Positions 1-12,356 of a stretch of 60,478 bases of DNA are shown here, piece after piece. Each line of letters opens with the position of its first letter. The stretch's first letter is position 1. The stretch covers positions 1 through 60,478 of the forward strand of contig DATLEX010000304.1 in assembly GCA_035525045.1 (NCBI GenBank). Direction: 5' to 3'. The translations under genes and the position numbers were made by a program. Source of the stretch: Thermoanaerobaculia bacterium. GTDB taxonomy: Bacteria > Acidobacteriota > Thermoanaerobaculia > Gp7-AA8. The notes below the pieces were generated by a model. It was not told the DNA's origin, made no database searches, and was given only the letters and a program-made list of their open reading frames with translations.

Positions 1-3000
1 GTGCTGGGCAATGACGTCGACGTCGACGGCGACCCCCTCACGGCCATCCTCGTCAGCGGAGCCATGAACGGCACCGTCACACTCAACTCCGACGGCTCGT
101 TCACCTACACGCCGAACCTCGATTTCAACGGCACCGACTCGTTCACCTACAAGGCCAACGACGGCTTGCTCGACAGTAACACCGCCACCGTCACCATTAC
201 CATCAACGCCGTGAACGACCCGCCGGTGGCCGTCGACGACTCCTACTCGACGGCTGAAGACACGCCGCTGACCGTCTCTGCGCCGGGGGTTCTGGCCAAC
301 GACACCGACGTCGATGGTCCCACGCCGCTGACCGCGGTCCTCGCCTCCGGCCCGGCGAACGGGACCGTGACGCTCAACTCCGACGGCTCGTTTACCTACA
401 AGCCGGCGCTCAACTTCAACGGCACCGACTCGTTCACCTACCAGGCCAGCGACGGCTCCCTGCTGAGCAACGTCGCCACCGTGACCATCACCGTCACCCC
501 GGTGAACGACGCGCCCGTGGCGAATAACGACGCATACACCGCCGATCAGGACACGACCCTCTCGGTCCCGGCACCGGGGGTCCTGGGCAACGACTTCGAC
601 CCCGACGGCGATCCGCTCACGGCCGTCGGTGTGACTCCGCCCACCAACGGCACGCTGGTTCTCAACAGCAACGGCTCCTTCACCTACACTCCCAACACCG
701 GCTTCACCGGAACCGACAGCTTCACCTACAAGGCGCGCGACGGCCTGCTCGACAGCAACATCGCCACGGTTACCATCCAGGTCCTCTCGACCGTAGTCTG
801 CCCCAACCCGCCGGTGCAGATCTCGCCGGCCGACGGCGCGACCGACGTTCCCACCTTCGGCCGCTTCGAGTTCGCCGGCGACGCCGACACGTTCCTGATC
901 TACTTCGGCCCCCCCGGCAGCGGCTGCTCCCTCAACATGGGATTCTCCCTCGGCCGTTCCTTCACCTACGCCGGGCTCGACCCCGATACCGAGTACGAGT
1001 GGCGCGTGGAGGCCGAGCGCGCCGGCTGCCCGACCACCAGCTCCCCCTGCATCCGCTTCCGCACCGAGCGCATCTGCACCACGGCGGCCCCCACGCCGCT
1101 GACTCCGGGAGCGGGATCGACCGCCGCCTCGCCGATCCTCTTCACCTGGACCGGCGTGCCCGGCGCGTCCGGCTATACGGTCTTCGCCTCGACGGGCGGC
1201 ACGGACGTCCCCCTCGGCACCAAAACCGATACCTCGCTCAGCGCCTCGCTCCCCGACGGCGCCTCGAGCTGGTACGTCGTCGCGCACGATGTCCCCGACT
1301 GCGGCGATCTCCGCTCCGCCTCGGCCGCCTTCACGGTCTGCAACGCCCCCGACGCGCCGCTGGCCGCGGTGGTGGGTGAGGCCGCAACGGGCCAGACTTA
1401 CGCGGTGAGCTGGGATGCCGTCCCCGGCGCCTTGCGCTACGAGGTGCTCGAGGCCAACAACGCCTCCTTCACCGGCGCGCAGTCGTTCGTCACCGAGGCA
1501 CTCTCGCTCTCCTTCACCAAGCAGGCCGAGGACAACGCGGTTCCGTTTTTCTACCAGGTCCGCGCCTTCTCGGAGTGCTTCGGCGGGTTCGGCCCGGCAT
1601 CGCCGACGATCCGCGTGGTGGTCGTGCCGCTTCCGCCGCGCGACGACCCCAACACGACCGCGAATGTGCCGGCCGGCTCTCCGACGGTGATCGTCCTGGA
1701 GGTCTTCATCCCCGGCGAGCCGGGACAGACGTTCCACTATTCCGCCACCGGCGACCAGCCGTGGATGATGGTCAGGCCACCGACCGGCCTGCTCCCGCCG
1801 GAAGGGATCACCCTGGAGGTCGTGGTCGATCCGCGCGATCTCCCGCACGGGACCTTCACCGGAACGGTGATCGTGGTGCTCGACGACCTCGAGGGCGGCC
1901 GGATCACGACGCACGCGACCTCGACCAAGTCCTCCACCGTCTCGGTCAACCTGGTCACACCGGTGACCCCCACCAGTCCCGGCCCCCCGACGGCGAGCTC
2001 GCTGATCATCCCCGTCATCGGGCACCTGGACGGGAGCAACGCGAGGTGGCGTTCCGACGTCCGCATCGCCAACACCACCGCCACTGCGGCGACGTACCTG
2101 CTGACCTTCACGCCGGGGAATCCGTCGGATGGCATCAAGCAGACCAGCGTCGAGGTCGCCCCGGGGGCCACCATCGCCCTCGACGACATCGTCCGGGCCT
2201 GGTACGGGCTGGGCTCGCTGGGCGAGAGCGCGATCGGGATGCTGGAAGTGCGGCCCATCACCGCCGGCTCGAACCTCACCCTCGAGGGCAGCGGCCCGAA
2301 CGTCTCGCTGGCCACGGTGGTCTCGAGCCGGACCTACGCCCAGACCCAGAGCGGCACGCTCGGAGAGTTCATCCCCGGCATTCTGTTCTCGCGCTTCGTC
2401 GGGCTGGCGGAGGGGGGGCAGGCCCAGCCGGTGCTGAACCTGCAGCAGATCGCGCAGAATCAGATCTACCGGACCAATGTGGGCGTGGTGGAGGCTTCGG
2501 GACAGCCGGTGTCGACCGTGCTGAGCGTCTTCAACAGCGCCGGGGAGAAGCTGCGGGACATCCCGCTCGAGCTCGGCGCCAACCAGCAGCGGCAGCTCAA
2601 CTCCCTGCTCGCCGATCACGGCATCACGCTGGCCGACGGCCGGATCGAGGTGAGCGTGACGGGAGGAGAGGGTCGCATCACCGCGTACGCCGCGGTGATC
2701 GACAACCGCACCCGCGACCAGCTCTTCATCCCTGCTTTCACGCTGGGACAGATCGCCGCCTCGCGTTACGTGACGCTCGGCATCGCCGATCTGAACACCG
2801 GCACCGCCCTCTGGCGGTCCGACATGCACCTGTTCAACAGCGGCGAGGTCCCGCAGAACGCGACGCTGACGTTCTACCCGCTCGACAACCCCGGCGGGTC
2901 CCTGGTGGCGAGCGTGACCGTGCTGCCTGGTCAGGTGGCGGTCCTCGACAACGTCGTCCAGGCGCTCTTCGGGGCGAGCAACATTGGCGGCGCGGTGCAC

Positions 3001-3438
3001 GTGGACACGCCGGGCCTCTCCTCGCTGGTAGTCACGGCCCGGACCTACAACCAGACGCCGAACGGCACGCTGGGGCTGTTCATCCCCGCGGTGACGCCGG
3101 ACCAGGCGGTGGGCGTGGGCGAGCGGACGTTGCACCTGGTGCAGAGCGAGGAGTCGATCCGCTACCGGACCAACGTCGGCATCGCCGAGGTGACCGGCCA
3201 GCCGGCCGTGGTCGAGGTGGTGGTGAACCTGCCGGGATCGCTCGTCGCGCCGCGGATCGAGATCCCCCTCGACGGGAACGAGTTCAAGCAGCTCGGCATC
3301 CTCCGCGCCCTCGGGCTGGGGAACGTCTACAACGCCCGCCTCTCGATGCGCGTGATCAGCGGCGAGGGGAAGATCACCGCCTACGGCTCGGTCATCGACA
3401 TGAAGACCAACGACTCGACTTACGTCCCCGCGCAGTGA
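1..3438 (+). CDS. Large secreted/surface repeat protein, 5' end cut by the window edge. It has tandem ~95-aa Ig/cadherin-like repeats, three Fn3-like modules, then a duplicated ~340-aa beta-rich C-terminal module.
   Basis: Open frame from base 1 to TGA 3436-3438. Three copies of VNDxPVAxxDxYxxxxDTxLxVxAPGVLxNDxDxDGDPLTA...NGTVxLNSDGSFTYxPxxxFxGTDSFTYxAxDG. Cys-bracketed Fn3-like units (CPNPP...YEWRV, CTTAAP...WYVVA, CNAPD...YQVRA). The C-terminal half repeats RWRSDVRIANTT.../LWRSDMHLFNSG... and ...YRTNVGVVEASGQPV.../...YRTNVGIAEVTGQPA... ending ITAYAAVIDNRT/ITAYGSVIDMKT. Confidence 0.85.
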   Translation: MLGNDVDVDGDPLTAILVSGAMNGTVTLNSDGSFTYTPNLDFNGTDSFTYKANDGLLDSNTATVTITINAVNDPPVAVDDSYSTAEDTPLTVSAPGVLANDTDVDGPTPLTAVLASGPANGTVTLNSDGSFTYKPALNFNGTDSFTYQASDGSLLSNVATVTITVTPVNDAPVANNDAYTADQDTTLSVPAPGVLGNDFDPDGDPLTAVGVTPPTNGTLVLNSNGSFTYTPNTGFTGTDSFTYKARDGLLDSNIATVTIQVLSTVVCPNPPVQISPADGATDVPTFGRFEFAGDADTFLIYFGPPGSGCSLNMGFSLGRSFTYAGLDPDTEYEWRVEAERAGCPTTSSPCIRFRTERICTTAAPTPLTPGAGSTAASPILFTWTGVPGASGYTVFASTGGTDVPLGTKTDTSLSASLPDGASSWYVVAHDVPDCGDLRSASAAFTVCNAPDAPLAAVVGEAATGQTYAVSWDAVPGALRYEVLEANNASFTGAQSFVTEALSLSFTKQAEDNAVPFFYQVRAFSECFGGFGPASPTIRVVVVPLPPRDDPNTTANVPAGSPTVIVLEVFIPGEPGQTFHYSATGDQPWMMVRPPTGLLPPEGITLEVVVDPRDLPHGTFTGTVIVVLDDLEGGRITTHATSTKSSTVSVNLVTPVTPTSPGPPTASSLIIPVIGHLDGSNARWRSDVRIANTTATAATYLLTFTPGNPSDGIKQTSVEVAPGATIALDDIVRAWYGLGSLGESAIGMLEVRPITAGSNLTLEGSGPNVSLATVVSSRTYAQTQSGTLGEFIPGILFSRFVGLAEGGQAQPVLNLQQIAQNQIYRTNVGVVEASGQPVSTVLSVFNSAGEKLRDIPLELGANQQRQLNSLLADHGITLADGRIEVSVTGGEGRITAYAAVIDNRTRDQLFIPAFTLGQIAASRYVTLGIADLNTGTALWRSDMHLFNSGEVPQNATLTFYPLDNPGGSLVASVTVLPGQVAVLDNVVQALFGASNIGGAVHVDTPGLSSLVVTARTYNQTPNGTLGLFIPAVTPDQAVGVGERTLHLVQSEESIRYRTNVGIAEVTGQPAVVEVVVNLPGSLVAPRIEIPLDGNEFKQLGILRALGLGNVYNARLSMRVISGEGKITAYGSVIDMKTNDSTYVPAQ

Positions 3439-3459
3439 GGAAGATCGATCTGAAGGAAT

Positions 3460-3535
3460 TGGAGCGGGCGACGAGATTCGAACTCGCGACCAAGAGCTTG
3501 GGAAGCTCCTACTCTACCAACTGAGCTACGCCCGC
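3460..3535 (-). tRNA. tRNA-Gly (anticodon CCC)
   Basis: The reverse complement reads GCGGGCG-TA-GCTC-AGTTGGTA-GAGT-A-GGAGC-TTCCCAA-GCTCT-TGGTC-GCGAG-TTCGAAT-CTCGT-CGCCCGC-T-CCA. This is a 76-nt cloverleaf with encoded CCA and anticodon loop TT-CCC-AA. Confidence 0.95.
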
Positions 3536-3597
3536 CCGATGGGAGCCGCGATTGTACCAGTAGTTTCAACGCCTCCGCGCGTCTGAGCATTCCTCAT

Positions 3598-3618
3598 CCG
3601 AGCCCCGAGCCCCGAGCC
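3598..3618. repeat. (CCGAGCC)x3 perfect heptamer tandem repeat, directly abutting the stop codon of the recombinase gene
   Basis: ccgagcc ccgagcc ccgagcc is read at 3598-3618 and is followed by cta (the TAG stop on the minus strand, 3619-3621). It belongs to the same GGCTCGG/GGGCTCR family as 28211-28266 and 39100-39113. Confidence 0.9.
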
Positions 3619-4593
3619 CTATTTCTTCTTGATGGGCAGCTTGGCGGAGGCGTCGAGGAAGATCCGCGTGGCGGGAGGCGGGACGACCGAGCGCCGGCCC
3701 TTCTGGATGGGCAGCTTGGTGTAGACCTGCGTGGAGAGGATGGAGGCGTGGCCGAGGATCTCCTGCACTTCCCGGATGTCGGTCCCGCTGCTGACCAGCA
3801 TGGCGGCCATGGTGTGTCGCAGCGAGTGCGGCGTGACGTGGCGCTTGATCTCCGCCAGCCGGACGTGCTTCTTGAAGATGTTCTCGATCGAGTAGATGGT
3901 CAGGCGCGTTCCGCTGCGGCCGACGAACAGCGCCTGGGTTTCGGGGGTACGCTCACTCCTCAGGTCCAGGTACTGGACCAGCGCATCGATGAGAGGGTCG
4001 GACGTGAGCGTGACCACCCGCCCGCGCGTGGCGCGGCCGGTGATCTGGATGTGCCGCCGGTCGATGTCGACGTCGGTGACGTTCAGCGCCACGAGCTCGC
4101 CGATGCGGATCCCCGTCGAGAAAAGCAGCTCCAGGATCACGTTGTCGCGCACCGCGCAGAAGTAGCGGTTCCGGCCGCCCGGCGACTGATCCCGGGCGTC
4201 GGCCAGGCCGGCGATCTGCTCTTTCGGCGCGGCGAGCAGCGAGCGGACCTCCCGCCCCGACAGCACCGTCGGCACCCGGTTCTCGACCGGACGCTTGATC
4301 CGCAGCTTCCGTGCCGGTGACTCCGACACCACACCCTTCTCTTCGAGGAAGCGGAAGAAGACCTTCAGCGCCGCCACCTTGCGCCGGATCGACGTGTCGC
4401 GGTAGGGTGCCGTTCCGAGCTTGTCCAGATAAGTCTCGAGATCCGCCGGCGTGATGTCCACCATCATGGCGTCGTTCACGTGGTGGTGGAACTGGCTCAG
4501 GTCCGATTGGTAGGCCCGCAGCGTCCGGTCAGACAGGTTGCGCACTGTCTGCCCATGATCGAGAAACTCGGCGATTGCCTGCTGCACATTCAT
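3619..4593 (-). CDS. Tyrosine site-specific recombinase (XerC/XerD-like)
   Basis: C-terminal 324 aa of the 3619..5208 ORF, starting at MNVQQAIAEFLDHGQTVRNLSDRTLRAYQSDL (ATG at 4593). Core-binding SAM-like N-domain. Catalytic region GIRIGELVALNV...HSLRHTMAAMLVSSGTDIREVQEILGHASILSTQVYT (R..HxxR..H..Y). The upstream extension is Pro/Arg-rich and not credible. Confidence 0.85.
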   Translation of the reverse strand: MNVQQAIAEFLDHGQTVRNLSDRTLRAYQSDLSQFHHHVNDAMMVDITPADLETYLDKLGTAPYRDTSIRRKVAALKVFFRFLEEKGVVSESPARKLRIKRPVENRVPTVLSGREVRSLLAAPKEQIAGLADARDQSPGGRNRYFCAVRDNVILELLFSTGIRIGELVALNVTDVDIDRRHIQITGRATRGRVVTLTSDPLIDALVQYLDLRSERTPETQALFVGRSGTRLTIYSIENIFKKHVRLAEIKRHVTPHSLRHTMAAMLVSSGTDIREVQEILGHASILSTQVYTKLPIQKGRRSVVPPPATRIFLDASAKLPIKKK

Positions 4594-4722
4594 TGATCGC
4601 ACTCGGGAAGCTATAGGGAGAGGGCCCGAGGCGAGTCTAACGCCCGGGGGGCCGATGTCAAGAATTATTTGCCCTCTCCATATGCTGTAAAAGCATGAGA
4701 GAATGCGACGTAGCGTCACGCG

Positions 4723-5100
4723 ATGAAAGGCCAGCGACTTTTCGTCCGCGCCATCGAACCCCCCGACCAGGAGGCCGTTCGCGCCTTCCTCGACCGGCAG
4801 CAGGGCCCCGGACGCGTCCCGGCATGCGGTCTGCTCGGGAAGCTCGCCGGCGAACTGGTTGCGGTTCTCGCGATGCAGATCACGGCCGATGCGGTGGAGA
4901 TCGACCAGATTGTGGTAGCGAGGGACCTCCGTCGAAAGCGGATCGGCCGGGTGATGCTGGCCGAGCTGGAGCAGATCGCCGCCAAAATTGACCGGTCCCG
5001 GCTCGTCGTTCGCGGCGCACATGACGGTCACGCCGAGTTTCTGCGGCGGGTCGGGTTCGAGCGGGAGGGTCCCTGGTGGATACGAAAGGTCGGCAGGTGA
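4723..5100 (+). CDS. GNAT-family N-acetyltransferase (small, 125 aa)
   Basis: IVVARDLRRKRIGRVMLAELEQIA matches the acetyl-CoA binding motif (Q/RxxGxG/A-like). Normal amino-acid composition. Divergent from the recombinase gene. Confidence 0.7.
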   Translation: MKGQRLFVRAIEPPDQEAVRAFLDRQQGPGRVPACGLLGKLAGELVAVLAMQITADAVEIDQIVVARDLRRKRIGRVMLAELEQIAAKIDRSRLVVRGAHDGHAEFLRRVGFEREGPWWIRKVGR

Positions 5101-7310
5101 GGCAGGAAAAGGGTCGCGGCTGGTTCGCGACGTCTCTGATGGTGATGCTGCTGGTGTCGTGCGGGCGCTCGGGGAGCGCGGTCGCTCCCCCTCCTGCCCC
5201 CGCGCCACCGGCGATCATCGAGGAGGAGGCACTCCCCGCGAATCTGGCGGAGGCGCGGGCCATGCGCCGGGCGGCGCGGCTCGACCTCTACGAGCGGGGG
5301 CTGCGGCGGATGGCCGAGTCGGAGGACCCCGTGGCGGCCCGCCGAGCGGCGTCTCTGCTGGCGCTCCATCTGTTCGACCAGAGGCGGCTTGACGAGGCCG
5401 TTCCCGCGCTGCAGGCGGCCGCGGCCCGCTCCCCGCTGGTGGCCCCGTTTCTCCAGCTCCGGCTCATCGAGGCGGAGCTCGGGCGGGAGAACGTCGCCGG
5501 GGGCATCGCCGCCGCGGAGGAAGTGATCACCGGCGCGCCGGCCACGACGGCGGCGACCGTGGCCCGGCTGCGGCTGCCGGCCCTGCACGCGGCCGCGGGC
5601 AACGAGGCGGCAGCCGAGGCGACCTTCCAGACGGCGATGAAAGTCGAGATTGACGAGTCGAGCGAGCGAGAGCTGGTCGAGCTCGCCTCTCTCCTCGCCC
5701 AGCACGGCCGGGATGATCTGGCCACGCGCCTGCGCATGCGGCTGCTGCGCGACTACACCGGCGGCCGCGAGACGGAGAGGACCTATGGCCATCTGGTCGC
5801 GATGGCGGACTCGCCGATCGACGCGCTCTCGCTCGAGGAGGCCACGCGCCTGGCCCAGAGCCTGGCCCGGGCGAACCGATACGACCAGGCGCTCGACCTC
5901 CTCGAGCGGATCCGGAAGCGCTTTCCGCAGTCGGCGCAGAGCGAGCTCTATCGAAGCGTCCGCCTCCGGTCGCTGTTCAACTCCCGCAACTATGCGCAGT
6001 TGCTCGCGGAGACGGAGCGGGTCTCGCTGTCCGATCCGGCCCTGCTGCTCCTCCGCGCACGGGCAGCGTGGCGCGACGACCGCCCACAGCAGTTCCTGGC
6101 CGGGCTGGCGGCTGTGGAGAGACGCTTTCCCGGGAGCCGCCAGGCCGTCGAGGCCAAGATCCTTCGCGCCAAGTACTACGTCACCGACGTGATGGACTAC
6201 GCGAAGTCGGTCGCCAACCTCGAGCAGGCCATCCAGGCCGGCGCGGCCGGCAACGACGGCGAGAACGTCTGGACCCTCGGCTGGACCTACGTCCTCTGGG
6301 GGAAGGACGACGAGGCCCTTCGGACGTTCGCGCGGTACCTCCGCACTTACCCCGACGGCGACTACCGCACCAATTCCCTCTTCTGGTCGGCCAAGGTGCA
6401 CGAGCGGAACGAGCGGATCGCTGAGCGCGACGCCAGCCTTCGCCAGCTCATCTCCGAGTACCCGTACAACTACTACGCCTACCGGGCCCGGGAGATCCTC
6501 GGCGAGCCGAGCGTGGCACCGGGCTCGATGGCCAACGGAAACGTGTTCCCCGACATCGACGCGGAACTGGCGGCGGTGCCGAGCGGGCGCCTCGAGAGCG
6601 TCCGGGAGCTGCTGGCCCTCGAGCTGGGGCGCGATGCCGCCCGGGAGATGAAAGCCGTCGCCGCCGCGCACCGGGACAACCTCGGCGCGGCGTTCCTGCT
6701 CGCCGACGTCTACGTCCAGGGCGCCGAACCGTTCCGGGCCACCGGCATCCTGCAGCGCCACTTCCGCCAGTTCGTCCGCCACGGGGGTGAGAACGTCCCG
6801 CGGCGGTTCTGGGAAATCCTCTACCCGCTGAGCTACTGGGAGGCCATCGAGCGGGAGGCTCAACGGCGCGAGCTCGATCCCTATCTCCTGGCCGCGATCA
6901 TCCGTCAGGAAAGCGGGTTCGAGCCGACGGTGGTCTCCAGCGCCGGTGCGGTCGGTCTGATGCAGATCATGCCGAACGAGGCGCCGCGGATCGCCTCGAT
7001 CGCAGGACTCGATGCAATCACGCGCGAGCAGCTCTTCGACCCTCACGAGAACATCGCCGTCGGCGCGGCCGAGTACTCGCAGAAGCTGTCGCGCATGCGG
7101 GCCAACCCCATCCTTGCCATCGCCGCCTACAACGCGGGCGAGGAGGCGGTTGGCAGATGGATTGCCCGGACGCCCATCGGCGACCCGGACTTATTTGTAG
7201 AGTCGATCTCGTACGCCGAGACCCGGCTGTACGTGAAAACGGTGACAAGGAACCGTTTCGAGTACCGGCGGATTTATGAAATGTCGCATGAGTCGCAGCA
7301 GTCGCAGTAG
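5076..7310 (+). CDS. Soluble lytic murein transglycosylase (Slt70-like, helical superhelix N-domain plus SLT domain), probable lipoprotein
   Basis: Lipobox LLVSCG near the N-terminus. SLT catalytic region LLAAIIRQESGFEPTVVSSAGAVGLMQIMP...AYNAGEEAV. GTG start at 5076 (GTG 5097 is also possible) overlaps the GNAT stop. Confidence 0.85.
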   Translation: MDTKGRQVRQEKGRGWFATSLMVMLLVSCGRSGSAVAPPPAPAPPAIIEEEALPANLAEARAMRRAARLDLYERGLRRMAESEDPVAARRAASLLALHLFDQRRLDEAVPALQAAAARSPLVAPFLQLRLIEAELGRENVAGGIAAAEEVITGAPATTAATVARLRLPALHAAAGNEAAAEATFQTAMKVEIDESSERELVELASLLAQHGRDDLATRLRMRLLRDYTGGRETERTYGHLVAMADSPIDALSLEEATRLAQSLARANRYDQALDLLERIRKRFPQSAQSELYRSVRLRSLFNSRNYAQLLAETERVSLSDPALLLLRARAAWRDDRPQQFLAGLAAVERRFPGSRQAVEAKILRAKYYVTDVMDYAKSVANLEQAIQAGAAGNDGENVWTLGWTYVLWGKDDEALRTFARYLRTYPDGDYRTNSLFWSAKVHERNERIAERDASLRQLISEYPYNYYAYRAREILGEPSVAPGSMANGNVFPDIDAELAAVPSGRLESVRELLALELGRDAAREMKAVAAAHRDNLGAAFLLADVYVQGAEPFRATGILQRHFRQFVRHGGENVPRRFWEILYPLSYWEAIEREAQRRELDPYLLAAIIRQESGFEPTVVSSAGAVGLMQIMPNEAPRIASIAGLDAITREQLFDPHENIAVGAAEYSQKLSRMRANPILAIAAYNAGEEAVGRWIARTPIGDPDLFVESISYAETRLYVKTVTRNRFEYRRIYEMSHESQQSQ

Positions 7311-8697
7311 CGTCCGTACGCTTCTTCAGGCAGCATTCCTCTCGCTGATTCTCACGGCGCCGGCGGGCGCCGCGACACAGCTCCTCCTCACCCGCGGAGA
7401 GACTCCCGAAAAGGGTGAGTATCTCGGGGTGGTCGAGCTGACCGTCGATCCCGGCTTCGAGGCGGCCCGGGTGTGGATCACTGTCAACGGGCAGAAAATC
7501 GCCGAGGGCCTGCGATGGCCGCACCGGGTCATGGTGGACTTCGGCCCGACGGCGATCGAGCACAAGATCAGCGTGACGGCGATCGGCCCGAACAAGCGCC
7601 GTGTCCAGTGGCACGAGACGCTCAACCGCGGGCAGTTGCCGCTGTCGGTCAAGCTTCAGCCGGTGGATCTGGCGGCGCGAGTGTTCGAGGCGAAGACGAC
7701 GGCGCCGAAAAGCGACCCGGTGGTAGCGGTGGAGCTGTGGCACCAGGCCGAGAAGGTCGTGAACCTGACCCGACCGCCGTTCCGGTTCGAGGTCCCGGAG
7801 GAGGTCCTGGCGTCGGGATTCGTGCAGGTCACGGCGCGGTCGAAGAGCGGCAGTGAAGCGGCGGACTTCTGGTCGAGGGCTGGCGACATCCATGTGGAGT
7901 CGATCCAGGTGCGGACCGTTCCGATCTTCGTCTCGGTGGTCGACCGGAACGGCATGACGCACGCGGAAGTGGACCGGGCGCTGTTCCGGATCATGGACAA
8001 CGATGCCGAGGGGACGATCGTCGAGTTCGGGAACGCCTTCGATCAGCCGATCTCCATCGCCCTCCTCATCGACGGCTCGGCGAGCATGACCTACGCGATC
8101 GGCGTTGCGAGGAAGGCCGCGCTGGAGTTCGTCAACCGGATCCTCAAGCCTGGCGACCGCTGCAGCGTCACCGCCGTGCAGGAGGTGCCGCGCAGGCGGC
8201 AGGGGCTGACCAGCGACACGGCGGCCGTGGCCGGCGCGCTCGACTCGGTCGAGCCGAGCGGCTCGACCGCTCTCTACGACGCGATCGCCGCCGCCATCCG
8301 CGAGCTGAAGGACGAGAAGAACCGCCGGGCCATCGTCGTCCTCACCGACGGCGGCGACACCGACTCGATCCGCTCCTACGGAGAGATCGAGAAGAGCGTC
8401 GCGGAGTCGGGAATCCCGCTCTACTTCATCGCCTACGACACCGGGCAGCAGACGCAATTGCGGGACCTGGAACGCCTGCGGCACCTCGCCGCGTACACCG
8501 GCGGCTTCGTCGCCGTGGCCACCAACCAGAACCTGCAGGCGAAGTACGGCGAGATCGAGCGCGACCTCCGGGCCCAGTTCGCGATCCTCTACCAGGTGAC
8601 CGATTTCGTCCGGCCGAAGGAATGGCGGCGGGTTCGGGTGACCCTGGCCTCGCCGCGGCTGACCGCCCGTACCATCCGCGGCTACTTCACGCCGTAG
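7276..8697 (+). CDS. von Willebrand factor A (VWA) domain protein with signal peptide (VWFA-related acidobacterial type)
   Basis: Signal-like LLQAAFLSLILTAPAGAA. MIDAS region ISIALLIDGSASM...GSTALYDAI...AIVVLTDGGDTDS. C-terminal YQVTDF...RVRVTL...RTIRGYF, typical of this family. Confidence 0.85.
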   Translation: MKCRMSRSSRSSVRTLLQAAFLSLILTAPAGAATQLLLTRGETPEKGEYLGVVELTVDPGFEAARVWITVNGQKIAEGLRWPHRVMVDFGPTAIEHKISVTAIGPNKRRVQWHETLNRGQLPLSVKLQPVDLAARVFEAKTTAPKSDPVVAVELWHQAEKVVNLTRPPFRFEVPEEVLASGFVQVTARSKSGSEAADFWSRAGDIHVESIQVRTVPIFVSVVDRNGMTHAEVDRALFRIMDNDAEGTIVEFGNAFDQPISIALLIDGSASMTYAIGVARKAALEFVNRILKPGDRCSVTAVQEVPRRRQGLTSDTAAVAGALDSVEPSGSTALYDAIAAAIRELKDEKNRRAIVVLTDGGDTDSIRSYGEIEKSVAESGIPLYFIAYDTGQQTQLRDLERLRHLAAYTGGFVAVATNQNLQAKYGEIERDLRAQFAILYQVTDFVRPKEWRRVRVTLASPRLTARTIRGYFTP

Positions 8698-8709
8698 AAT
8701 CGCGCGCGC

Positions 8710-12162
<3,453 letters not shown>

Positions 12163-12176
12163 CGGCCCAGGCTGTG

Positions 12177-12201
12177 CCCTCTCCCGCTTTGCGGGAGAGG
12201 G
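12177..12201. repeat. REP-like perfect hairpin CCCTCTCCCGC-TTT-GCGGGAGAGGG just downstream of mfd
   Basis: An 11-bp perfect stem read directly, followed by GGCGC-GAA-GCGCC and GTGAGGGC. No T-tract, so it is not a canonical intrinsic terminator. Confidence 0.75.
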
Positions 12202-12265
12202 TGGCGCGAAGCGCCGGGTGAGGGCAACCGTCTCGCGGTCGCACCCCTCATCCGGCCGTCGGCCA

Positions 12266-12296
12266 CCTTCTCCACCGCCGGAGGCGGGGGAGAAGG
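12266..12296. repeat. Second REP-like hairpin CCTTCTCCaCCGCC-GGA-GGCGGgGGAGAAGG
   Basis: A ~13-bp stem with one mismatch, read directly in the mfd / PPIase intergenic region. Confidence 0.7.
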
Positions 12297-12356
12297 CTCT
12301 GCGGTTCATCTCCGCTTCACCGGCGCCCGGCGCCGTTCACCAGCTCGGGATGACAC

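Noticed and set aside
3460-4593. Tyrosine recombinase next to tRNA-Gly as evidence for an integrated genomic island
   Set aside because: The recombinase lies on the 5' side of the tRNA, not at its 3' end. I found no direct repeat of the tRNA 3' end. Flanking genes (GNAT, Slt, VWA, mfd) look like core genes with native codon usage. A XerC/XerD-type housekeeping or orphan recombinase is the simpler reading.
4594-5208. N-terminal 205-aa extension of the recombinase ORF (3619..5208)
   Set aside because: The extension is Pro/Arg/Ser-rich and overlaps the GNAT gene antisense. The recombinase domain begins cleanly at the internal ATG 4593.
5028-7046. 672-aa minus-strand ORF, plus similar long ORFs at 1575..3524(+), 29166..31121(-), 32109..33647(-), 41894..43993(+), 45277..47427(+), 47997..50897(-) and 56072..57856(+)
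   Set aside because: All are off-frame or antisense to genes with clear family motifs. All are Arg/Pro/Gly/His-rich low-complexity translations, so they are not credible coding regions.
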